A DNA stretch of 64,000 nt from Corallochytrium limacisporum Hawaii (lineage: Eukaryota; Protista; Pluriformea): contig PDIP01000019.1 in NCBI GenBank assembly GCA_002811645.1, positions 169,281 to 233,280 of the forward strand, read 5' to 3'. A model generated the notes under the pieces. That model made no database searches, had not been told where the DNA came from, and worked only from the letters and a program-made list of their open reading frames with translations. Below are positions 11,717 to 21,235 of the stretch, one piece after another. The position numbers and the translations under genes were made by a program. Positions within the stretch are counted from its first letter, which is position 1, and each line of letters starts with the position of its first letter.

Positions 11717-12072
11717 CTACACCAGAATGCTGCTCTTGATTGCTTTTGGTAACAGAAAATACTCAATGGAACTTTGTATATTGGAGTTATGCACCACTTC
11801 TTCACTTCTTTGTTTCAGCTGCCTCTCTGTTCCGTGCGGTGATTTCTTTGATCGCCAGACTTTGATCCTCGTCAATGCCACGGCCGCGCAGATCCAGCTG
11901 TGTTGTTCTTTAAGGCGTCTATCAGGCAGTAGGGTTTATTTCCAAGCGGCAGAAGCAAGGCACGCAACTTAGTTAAGAGATTCGTTGCCTTCGATGAGGA
12001 GGCACAGCTGACGGTCGGTCCGTCACGGACGAAGCTCTCCGTGAGCTTCAGAGTCCTAAAGTTGTCTGGCAG
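11717..12072 (-). pseudogene. Frameshifted remnant of a ribonuclease-inhibitor-type LRR protein
   Basis: Manual minus-strand translation across frameshifts gives TLKLTESFVRDG / QLCLLIEGNESL / TKLRALLLPLGNKPYCLIDALKNNT / QLDLRGRGIDEDQSLAIKEITARNREAAE, resembling the LRR consensus LxxALxxNxxLxxLDLxxNxI. Confidence 0.45.
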
Positions 12073-12480
12073 TTAGGTCTATCCATGTTTGCATCGAAAG
12101 ACCATGTCCAAGTACCCATCATTCTATCACATTACACTGTTTTGAGATGTACACCCGTACCACCAACCCTCCAAATGAAGTCTTCTCCCCAGTTTGAGGT
12201 AAGCCCTATTCCTGTGCCCACTCACTTCACCACGATCTGCGGGTCTTGATGGCAACCTTCCAGGAACTTTTGATCATTAGATTTCATACTGAAAATCATA
12301 ATGTTTAAATATAGACTCAACACCTCAAAAATGATTTTACTAATCAATTTATAAACAATTAGGTATATGAATCAAAAAATTAATCAAGACCACCCTATTA
12401 CCGCCTCTCCCGAATTCTTCCCCAAGGGGGAGAGAGAGACTGTCCATTACTTCCGTCCCCCTTCCCCTTTCTTGCGTCGG

Positions 12481-12487
12481 CATAAAT
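12481..12487 (+). promoter_or_regulatory. TATA-like element upstream of the structured RNA candidate
   Basis: CATAAAT lies about 30 nt upstream of the first helix (12515), preceded by a pyrimidine tract (12451-12473) and an AT-rich patch (12290-12390). Confidence 0.3.
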
Positions 12488-12509
12488 TGCTGAGAGACCA
12501 CACTTCCCA

Positions 12510-13315
12510 TGTGCCTCCACCGTGCCGTGGCAGAGTCTGCCGCCTTGTCTCCAGGCCTGTACTGCTGTACGCAGGAAACAGAGGCTCACCGGTGGAGACT
12601 TAAACCGGGGCCATACCAAAAAAAAACACTACGGAGCACAATGTCCGGTTCTCCACCTTCGGGAAAGGCGCACCTTCGAGCAGCAACACGAGTGGAGTGA
12701 AAAGCAAGAGAGCCAGAAATCACCACCTGCACTAGCTACTAACTAATCACAGAAGGCCGTGTTACCAAAACACAGGCGTCCGTACCAAAACGCCCGACGC
12801 TGGGGGCCATAACGACAGCCTTGTCACCTTCCCTGCCATAGATTTTCTACCCAACCAACGAACGCCCGTCCCTACCGGCACCTTTAGCCTGGCGCTCCTC
12901 CGGTGCGTGAGCGTTTCCTTCGGGAAGGAAAAACAGCCACTGCAAAGGCCTCAGGAGGAAGGGCCGGGGGCGCCCCAGGCGCAGTGGGCACCCAGTCACA
13001 CACACGCAACACACAGTCACCCCCCACACAGCAGTCTCCGCGCGCAAAAACAGCCAGGCCAGCGAATGAAAACACCGCCTCCGGAACCCCCTGCTTCTTT
13101 GTAAAGGTGTACTGCCTTCAGTGCCTGTGCCCTGGTAGCCACAATGTCCGGTGTTCTGTTACTACTGCGGAGCGAAAAAAAAAACAGCCACCGAACCAGC
13201 AACACACGGCGCACCACTCAATGGGAGAGCGCGTTCGGAGTTGACCGGGAGACAGGCACACACGCATGCAGAAGTGCACACATACCAGAGTTATGTTCTG
13301 TTTGGAAACACCGTT
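12510..13315 (+). ncRNA. Candidate long structured non-coding RNA (~800 nt), family unassigned
   Basis: Multiple complementary segments: 12515-22/12590-97, 12651-56/12692-97, 12759-63/12769-73, 12776-80/12796-800, 12878-82/12902-06, 12937-43/12981-87, 13107-12/13274-79, 13121-28/13252-59, 13131-36/13244-49, 13191-96/13233-38. Two cUUCGg tetraloops, G-U pairs on the + strand, A-rich linkers, no credible ORF. Confidence 0.6.
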
Positions 13316-13516
13316 CACTTTGGTTTGTCGGTCCATGTGACTGGGCAAAGGTTTAAGAGACCACCGAGTGACTGTCCGTGGCAACTTGATAGTCTACCTT
13401 ATCAGCTATGGTTCCCATATCTTTCGTCATTGGGGCAAAAAAATTGAACCATAAAGAAGATCCTACTGTTATCAGTTTTGAATCGTTCAAGGAAACAGCA
13501 ACTGTAGTCAAAAAAA

Positions 13517-15193
13517 ATGGTACAGAGTAACATTCTCACGGTTGGTGGTAGCCGCAATACAGGTCAGAGCGTGCGTACACAGAATGTGACTGCGGCTATC
13601 TCAGTCGCAAACATTGTGAAGAGCAGCCTGGGTCCTGTCGGTCTCGACAAGATGCTCGTCGATGAGATTGGTGATGTCACTGTCACAAATGATGGTGCCA
13701 CCATCCTGAAGCTGCTCGACGTTGAGCACCCTGCTGCCAAGATCTTGGTGGAACTCGCTGATCTGCAAGACCAGGAAGTTGGCGACGGTACCACATCCGT
13801 TGTGATCCTTGCCTCCGAGCTGCTCCGCAACGCTGACGAGCTGGTCAAGGCCAAGATTCACCCAACTACCATCATCGCGGGCTATCGGTTGGCCATGAAG
13901 GAGTGTGTGAAGTACATTCAGGAGAACCTGCTGATCAAGACAGACAAGTTGGGACGGGATGCCATTGTAGCCTGTGCTAAGACAAGCATGTCAAGCAAGA
14001 TTATCAGCTCTGAGATTGACTACTTTGCTGAGCTGGTCGTGAAGGCAATGGAAAATGTCAAGCGAACTAGTAGCAGCGGTCAGGTGCGTTACCCAGTCAA
14101 GGCTGTCAACGTTCTCAAGGCGCATGGTGGCAGCTACCGCGACACCCAGCTCATCGATGGCTATGCCCTGAACTGTACTAAGGCCAGCCAGACAATGCCC
14201 AATCGCATCAAGGACGCCAAAATTGCCTGCCTAGATATTAATCTGCACAAGGTACGCATGCACTTGGGTGTTAATATTGTTGTGGATGACCCCGAAAAGC
14301 TTGAAGCCATTCGCCAGCGTGAAATTGACATTACGAAGGAGCGCATCCAGAAGATTCTGGCCACAGGTGCCAACGTTATTCTTACCACCAAAGGAATTGA
14401 TGATCTCAGCTTGAAATATTTTGTGGAGGCAGGGGCCATTGGTGTGCGGCGGTGCAAGATGGAAGACCTCAAACGCATTGCTCGGGCATCCGGTGCTACT
14501 CTGGTGAGCACTTTGGCTGACCTGGAAGGTGAAGAAACATTCACTGAATCTATGCTCGGTCATGCTGCCGAAGTGGCTCAGGAGCGCATCAGTGATGATG
14601 AACTGATCGTCCTACGCGGCATGAAGAACCACGGCTCGAGCTCTATAATTCTGCGCGGTCCCAATCTGTACGCTTTGGACGAGATGGAGCGCAGTGTACA
14701 CGATAGCCTGTGCGTGGTCAAGAGGGTGCTGGAGAGCAAGGCCCTGGTGGCCGGCGGTGGTGCAGTGGAGACTGCCCTGAGCATATATCTCGAGAATTTT
14801 GCTACCACGCTGCATAGCCGGGAGCAGCTGGCCATTGCCGAATTTGCCAAGTCCCTCTTGGTCATTCCCCGTGTCTTGTCCGTGAACGCTGCCAAGGATG
14901 CGTCCGACCTTATTGCCATTCTGAGGGCCTACCACAATGCTGCACAGACTGACAGCAGCAAGGTTGACCACAGGTTCATGGGTCTGGACCTGGTCAACGG
15001 TGTGGCACGCAACAACCGGGATGCTGGCGTGTTCGAGCCCGCTATTTCTAAGATTAAGTCCATTCGCTTTGCCACGGAGGCTGCTATCACCATTTTGCGA
15101 ATTGATGATCTCATCAAACTGACCCCTCCGGAGCAAGGCGAGCAGGGCATGGACTACCAGCAGGCCGTTCAGTCTGGTGCTTTGGACGGTTAG
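13517..15193 (+). CDS. TCP1: T-complex protein 1 subunit alpha (CCT1)
   Basis: [75 protein letters not shown]. Confidence 0.98.
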   Translation: MVQSNILTVGGSRNTGQSVRTQNVTAAISVANIVKSSLGPVGLDKMLVDEIGDVTVTNDGATILKLLDVEHPAAKILVELADLQDQEVGDGTTSVVILASELLRNADELVKAKIHPTTIIAGYRLAMKECVKYIQENLLIKTDKLGRDAIVACAKTSMSSKIISSEIDYFAELVVKAMENVKRTSSSGQVRYPVKAVNVLKAHGGSYRDTQLIDGYALNCTKASQTMPNRIKDAKIACLDINLHKVRMHLGVNIVVDDPEKLEAIRQREIDITKERIQKILATGANVILTTKGIDDLSLKYFVEAGAIGVRRCKMEDLKRIARASGATLVSTLADLEGEETFTESMLGHAAEVAQERISDDELIVLRGMKNHGSSSIILRGPNLYALDEMERSVHDSLCVVKRVLESKALVAGGGAVETALSIYLENFATTLHSREQLAIAEFAKSLLVIPRVLSVNAAKDASDLIAILRAYHNAAQTDSSKVDHRFMGLDLVNGVARNNRDAGVFEPAISKIKSIRFATEAAITILRIDDLIKLTPPEQGEQGMDYQQAVQSGALDG

Positions 15194-15414
15194 ATTCGGA
15201 AGACTGGCCCGGCACAGAAGAACCTATGAACGCTATAGGTATCGTCTATCCATGTGCCACATTTTCGGAAAAGCATATCTTAGGGGGGAAACGGTAATGT
15301 GTATCTTCAGTTTCTCCCAGAAATGTCTACAAAAGAATAATGTACACGTAGTACGTCCAAATCACTTGTTTTGCCAGTTGTAGGTTCAATTTCTTTATTG
15401 CGTTTCACTCCCAT

Positions 15415-17109
15415 TCATTTTCCAACTGGCTGCTTGTCGTCCACCTTGGCCGGAAATCCAGGCAGAGCGTGCATGCCAGCCGCTGTGGCCGGATCTCCAG
15501 CAATTAGTGCCATGACCTTGAACCGCTGTCCCATCTGCCTCGAAAGGTAGGCGTAGCCACGCTTCAGGCGTTTCTGAGTGTCGGGGTCCCTATTCTCTTC
15601 CAACAGCTTGGACAGGCGGACTCGGATTCCCATGTTGTGAAGCCATTGAGATTGTGTTATGGGTCCGACAGTGCCAAAGGTTAGGGAAAGACGAGTGCCT
15701 GAGCTGATCATACTGCTGACCTTAGCTGGATTGGTGTTGCCTTGTGACTGCTCTAGGACCGCCGCAAACGCGTCCTTAGCCGCAGCCCGGAGCCATGCAA
15801 AGTCCACGTCTGCTGTCAAATCACAACTTCCCGGAGAGGTGAGGACATTCGGTTGGAGCTTGTGGTTCCGATAGCCGCGCAGAGTATCGCCTCCGGGCCC
15901 GTCGCGGCCGTAGTCAACGATTAGAGCAGTACCACCAACACTGTTGACATGCAGCAGGCGATCACGTACAATCCGTTGCACCTCCTCCCAGGCGCTGGGG
16001 CAGACTTCGAGAATTGTGCCTGTCGGAAGCCTTTCGCAGGCCTCCGCAAGAGTGAGGCCCGCGGCCTCGATCGCTCGAGGTGGTAGGGCGCGGGAAGTGA
16101 GAGTGGCATTGGTGCCGACAACAAGACGGAATGGGCCGTCGTCGCTGCTCGTGTGGCTGGAGTCGTTTGCGTGGGTTGCTTCGGGTACGGGATCCTTGAG
16201 ATCGACAAGACGTTCACGCCAGGTTTTGTCATCAGACAATTCAAAAACGTGGACTGGGAGTGCGTCGAAGAATTCCTGAGCGACAAAGGCCGAAAAGGTC
16301 CCAGGTTGTGGATCAGGCAGATCGACAGAAGACGCGTACCAGTGTACTGTGAAAGAGCCGCGAACAGTAACACCGGAATAGTACGGATAGCCGTCTGCAT
16401 TCCTTTCGATTTTAGTGCCCTGGTCCTTCAGTCTGACGCCCTCGATGCTTCTGGCAAGGGCAGTTTCTTCGACTGACGAAGACTTTCCACACAGCGTATC
16501 AATCTGTCGCTTAGCCATGCTCGGACTGACCTCGACAAGATGCAGGCATGGCCTGGGCATGGTGGACTTGGTCTTCGTCCCCGATCCCATGATCATATCA
16601 AACACGCGCACCACATCCGCTGCCATGGTGCCATGTCCCGGTCCCAGTTCGATAAGATCAAGCCTTTTGACTGAGCTAGGTGCGAGACATACCTGTTGTA
16701 GTGCCGCAATCTGCCAGATTCCGACGAGCTCTCCAAAGATTTGGCTCAGCTCCGGTGAAGTGACAAAATCGCTCGAGTCGACGTCGCTGCCCAAGACACT
16801 GCGGCTGGCTGATGAGGACTCGGCCCCTGATACCTGCTGAGGCCGAGTGTAGTACCCTCCAAGGGGACTAGTCAAGCAATTGCCCATCCATTCCGCCAGA
16901 GTCATGGAGCGTAGCAGCCTAACCCGGTCAACGAGGTGCTGCTGGAGCGACGGGAAGTCACTTTTATTGCTGGGCTGTGACTGGTCATGGCAGTACCATC
17001 TCTGACACTTTATCGCAGCCATGCATCCTTGCAGTGGTCTCGCTATCGCTGGAAACGGCACAACTATTCCTCTCCAACCGGACAGTTTAGCGATCCCACG
17101 TGAAAACAT
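15415..17109 (-). CDS. NDUFAF7: Mitochondrial protein arginine methyltransferase NDUFAF7/MidA
   Basis: Basic presequence-like N-terminus; GYY, DFVTSPELSQIFGELVG, IELGPGHGTM (SAM motif I), QEFFDALP, DYG, DLTADVDF, MGQRFKV. Confidence 0.93.
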   Translation of the reverse strand: MFSRGIAKLSGWRGIVVPFPAIARPLQGCMAAIKCQRWYCHDQSQPSNKSDFPSLQQHLVDRVRLLRSMTLAEWMGNCLTSPLGGYYTRPQQVSGAESSSASRSVLGSDVDSSDFVTSPELSQIFGELVGIWQIAALQQVCLAPSSVKRLDLIELGPGHGTMAADVVRVFDMIMGSGTKTKSTMPRPCLHLVEVSPSMAKRQIDTLCGKSSSVEETALARSIEGVRLKDQGTKIERNADGYPYYSGVTVRGSFTVHWYASSVDLPDPQPGTFSAFVAQEFFDALPVHVFELSDDKTWRERLVDLKDPVPEATHANDSSHTSSDDGPFRLVVGTNATLTSRALPPRAIEAAGLTLAEACERLPTGTILEVCPSAWEEVQRIVRDRLLHVNSVGGTALIVDYGRDGPGGDTLRGYRNHKLQPNVLTSPGSCDLTADVDFAWLRAAAKDAFAAVLEQSQGNTNPAKVSSMISSGTRLSLTFGTVGPITQSQWLHNMGIRVRLSKLLEENRDPDTQKRLKRGYAYLSRQMGQRFKVMALIAGDPATAAGMHALPGFPAKVDDKQPVGK

Positions 17110-20080
17110 GGTTACAAATTTGTGTGTACGAATGCTCCCAAACGCTACATGGTCCTGCTGTAGTCACTGTGAACAACGCAGCTATGGTATTGGACCACAA
17201 ACCAGGGTCATACAGTAAAGAACTCCTCTTGATGGTTTCCGACTTACATACCTGCCCCTCGATTCAGTGAGCAGTCGGTCATCGCGGACTGGGAACCAGC
17301 CAATCGCTAAGGGAATGCATACCGCCCAAAGCTGGCTCGGTTCGATTGCGAAGGGGCCCAATTTGATTATCAGATTATATGATTTACACATCAATGATTT
17401 TATATTATTGATTATTATGTAAGGGGGTCTTCAATTTCGTTCGAAGGTGGTGGAAGAGATTCCAACCGTTCAGACTCTCTCAGCCAGGCGAGCTTTGGTA
17501 GTGAAAGTACTACATTTCCACATGCTTGTTCTCGCTTGCACATACGGTTGCTCTGTGAATCTGTGAGTTCTTTCAGCTGGCTGTTGTTTCAATGTCGCTA
17601 ACAGTGTCACTGACATCGTTTTGAGACTACAAGAAAGAAGCATCCACCATCTGGGAAGTGTATGCTTGGTGAATCGGCTGTTGGATCGTGAATGTGATCC
17701 ATCACCATGTTCACAGCAACAAAGGCTATTCAGAAGGTGATGAGAAGTATATAGAATTAGTCCACGATTATCCATGATTGTATGGCGTGAAATCTCATCC
17801 ATAGTGCAATTGGTATTTAAGGGAGATCATTCCATTAGATTACCACAGTCGCCCGCCAAAGAAAATGAGAGGTTGCACGCGGCCAACAGAGATAGAGACC
17901 TCCGTGTATTGTTTGACTATTCTTCAGACGTTCAGAGGATTTCGGCATTCTGTGTGCCACAGAAAGATCTTCCCAGCAAACGTAGAGTTGCCACGACCGA
18001 ACACAAGGGTGACCAAATAGATCAATTTATTGGACGACATCCGGTCCGGTGTTCGCACATGGTAGATTGCAGTCTTTTTGGTAGGCCCCTGATATTTATT
18101 GATTCTAGAACCGGTTTGGCACAATATCCCCTTCCTATCTTGGCCATGCTAGATAGAGAACTGTATAAGCATAAGGTTGCGAGAGAGCTGGACGAGCATG
18201 GAACCATACCTCAGTTGGTTCAACTAAGGATGTTACATGTAAACTACCGCGGGGGAATGGCCATCATCACCCCCATCAGCACATCAAGACCAACCATCAA
18301 CAACCATCACAGTCAAACGCCTAAGGTGCGGGCGGATATCAGCTCCCCTGCGGATATACCATCGTCGATGAACTTGCTGTACTGGATGTGTACCGATAAT
18401 GGTGACGCTCTATCCCCTTTTCCGGACTCAGGTTATAGAATCATGTAACGAACTCCTGCGCACCGTTCGCCATGCTCCAAGAGTCTCAATCTGTGGCATC
18501 AGTTTGACGGGGTGCCCGCGCCCGAAGGATCCGCGTTTGTCCTCCTTGAAGAAGAATTGGGTCCCAAATAGTAAAGGCACATTCAATTCCGCAGATTGGC
18601 CTGAATGTTTGCCTCTGCAACATTGCTGATTGCAAAAGTGGGATGGACACCGGCAGTGAACTCGTGCAACCGCAGCTAATCAATCCATTTGACACGTTCA
18701 CGGTGCCTATTGGAGGGGCCCTTGAGCAGTTCTGTATTCCTTACTTCTTCTCCCTTCACCTCCTCTCCGGTTTCATACCTTCCAAAAGCAGGAATCTAGA
18801 AATTCTATATTTCTAAACATTGCTGTTCGAACAGTAATGGCTTAGAAAAAGGATTAAAGGGGGGTCGTATTTCCATATTAGAACTACCTAGCTCTCCACT
18901 GCCGGAGGAAAAGAGCCGTGAGCCCCCGCACAACCCCTGGCCCTCCCCCTCTTTCCTTCCCCCCCCCCCTTTCTTTCTCTTTAATTCCTAGGCCAGTGTG
19001 AAACACTGGGGTCTACAGTCGGAGTCTATTTTTTATTCCACACCTTGTCCAGCACCACCTCTGAGTGGTGGCGGACCCACCCCCACACTCTCAGCCCCCC
19101 CTGTCTCTCATTAGATTGACTAGGATGTATGAGTCCTTTCGGCGAACATACTGAGCCAACCAAAACCACCGGCCCCTTCGCATCTGTTCCCCGGCACGCT
19201 TTCCGGCTTGGGTCGGGGTTTCTGGAGGACCAACCTCGGAAAATGGAAACCCCCATCCAACTCCCCCACACCGCTACTGCGAGTCTGCCGGCTTTCCTCT
19301 GGAGAATGCGGCTTGTGTGATTGGTGGGTCAAAATAGTGTGATGAACTGGAGAGAATGTAACCGCTGCCTTTTCCGTGTGGAGAGCAGCAGTCTAAGCTG
19401 ATTTCGAACAATGGGCATGTTGGAGTGGGAAAGAAATCAAAACTTTGGTTCCCTCCTTTCCGTTGGATTGGGGGGATGAATCCGGCACATGTCTTTTCTC
19501 CCCCCCCCCCCATCGGGGGCATGGGGGACCAGGGGCGGGGGGCTCGGGAGGAAAAGTTGTGAGACTTTGGAGGGGAGGGAGACGCGTATGATTGACAATC
19601 AGTACTTGGGCCCCCAGTGATGATGGGTTCAGTATAGCGGAGTATTGGGAAAGGAAGGGGACGGCCTTTTGCCTACATACTAAATGATGTCATGAAAAAT
19701 AGGGATAACAGGCGAGGGGCGAAGATTGTGAAGAAGGGCAAGCGTGACTCAGCGGATGCTATGATAACTATGTATTTTTATATTTTCGGAACTATTACGA
19801 TGCTATGCAGATGTACATGTGAAAAGATGCAGCAGCTCATCCACAGGATGTCTAGAGTATGTTGGAAGTGGTTCTCGTAAGATGCTATGTGCAGGATGTG
19901 CAGTCAAGCTAATAATCTAAGTGTCACCGGGAATCCACGTCCCGTGATCACAGGAGGTCAACTCCTTTCTTACAGAGCAACCTGGCTCGTTGTTCATGGA
20001 CCATCGCCGGTGTTCTGATGATCCTGCTTCTGTGTTAGTGTTTTTGTGAAATGTTTTTGATACCCCTGTGATGAGGATAC

Positions 20081-21235
20081 TCACATCAATAAGCTCATCG
20101 CGGGATCAAACAGGCCAAGAGAGACGCCCTCATCAGCAACAGAGTCTGTGGTGACAAAGTAGTCCGTACCAGGGCGAGCAGTATGGAGCTGCCAGTCGCT
20201 GGTTAGACTGGAATGTGTAGTTTCCGAGGCATCAGTGATGAACAGCTCATCGAGGTCGGTTTGCAAAGGTTCGTCCTCAATCATGGGGAACTCGTTGCCA
20301 ATGAACTCGAGGGACTCCGGGCTGTTGATGCTGGACAGGGTAGGGCTGAACTCGGCAAAGTTGATCTCTGCGGTGCCCAGTGCACTGTCGGTCTTGTCCA
20401 TCTCAAAGAAGTCAGTAAGGATGGGCATAGAGTCGGCGGTAGGCTCACTAACCGCTGCCTTAGCTTTGCGCTTTTGGGCGTTCGCCTTGGCCTTAGCCTT
20501 GGCGGTCTTGTCGGGCTTCTTGGCTGCTTGGGCCTTCTTCGCGTTGAGCATAGCCTTTTTCTTGGCAGCCGCTTCCTTGGCGGCCTTCTTCTTTGCGTTT
20601 TTAGCAGCAGCCTTCCTCTTGTCATCTCTGGAGGCCGCGGCAGCCTTCCGTTCTTCTGCTTTCTTGGCCTCCTCCTTATTCTGCTTACCGCGGCTAGAGT
20701 ACGGATGGGCAGTGGGAGTCTCAAACTGCTTCAAGAATTCAACCAGACCCTCACCATTTTTGAGGTTACTGATGATGAAGCTCTCGTACTTGTCATCAAC
20801 GGTCCAGAAACCACCCTTTCCAGAGGTGGAACCAGGCTTGGGGATCTTTGTGAAGTTCTTGTTGAGGGAGAGATTGTGGCGCACACTGTTCTGCCAACCC
20901 GAAGGGGTAGTGGCAAAGTAAGGGAACAACGCCTGAATCCAGCTGTAGATGTCAGCCAGAGTGCGCCTACGGCCTGTGTTGGTAACACAAGCCAAGCAGA
21001 TCAGGCTAGCATAGGAGCAAGGAGGCTTCTTCTCACCATGAATGTAGTCACGGATGTCCTGGCTCTCCTCGTTCTGTGAGCTGGTGTTTTCGGAGGTCTT
21101 GGGAGCCTCTGCCGCGGTCGTGGTTTCCGAGGCGGGCTTGCTATTCTCAGAGACCGTTGTGGTGGTAGGGGTCTCGGTCTTCTCTGCGGTCGGAGTGACC
21201 TGAGTAGTAGTGGTGGTGTTCTGTTCTTCCGTCAT
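20081..21235 (-). CDS. Forkhead (winged-helix) transcription factor, FoxJ1/FoxN-like
   Basis: KKPPCSYASLICLA...TLADIYSWI...FPYF...GWQNSVRHNLSLNKNFTK...GKGGFW (about 20790-21031), followed by a Lys/Ala-rich tail and an acidic C-terminus. Confidence 0.95.
   Translation of the reverse strand: MTEEQNTTTTTQVTPTAEKTETPTTTTVSENSKPASETTTAAEAPKTSENTSSQNEESQDIRDYIHGEKKPPCSYASLICLACVTNTGRRRTLADIYSWIQALFPYFATTPSGWQNSVRHNLSLNKNFTKIPKPGSTSGKGGFWTVDDKYESFIISNLKNGEGLVEFLKQFETPTAHPYSSRGKQNKEEAKKAEERKAAAASRDDKRKAAAKNAKKKAAKEAAAKKKAMLNAKKAQAAKKPDKTAKAKAKANAQKRKAKAAVSEPTADSMPILTDFFEMDKTDSALGTAEINFAEFSPTLSSINSPESLEFIGNEFPMIEDEPLQTDLDELFITDASETTHSSLTSDWQLHTARPGTDYFVTTDSVADEGVSLGLFDPAMSLLM

Noticed and set aside
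12510-13315. Assignment of the structured RNA to RNase P/MRP, SRP, U3 or a spliceosomal snRNA
   Set aside because: I could not find the P4 CR-I/CR-V, SRP helix-8, box A/C/D or snRNA signature sequences by eye; an Rfam scan is needed to exclude them formally.
12367-13447. Overlapping 60-113-aa ORFs upstream of TCP1
   Set aside because: Low-complexity, mutually overlapping and motif-free; better explained by T-poor structured sequence that lacks stop codons.
18150-18270. Faint resemblance of IPQLVQLRMLHVNYRGG to the cellular RdRP QIRxxGxKG motif
   Set aside because: Too weak, and no DxDGD catalytic motif was seen.
20213-21079. Plus-strand ORFs (288 and 228 aa) antisense to the forkhead gene
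   Set aside because: Mirror of the low-complexity Lys/Ala codons of the real gene.
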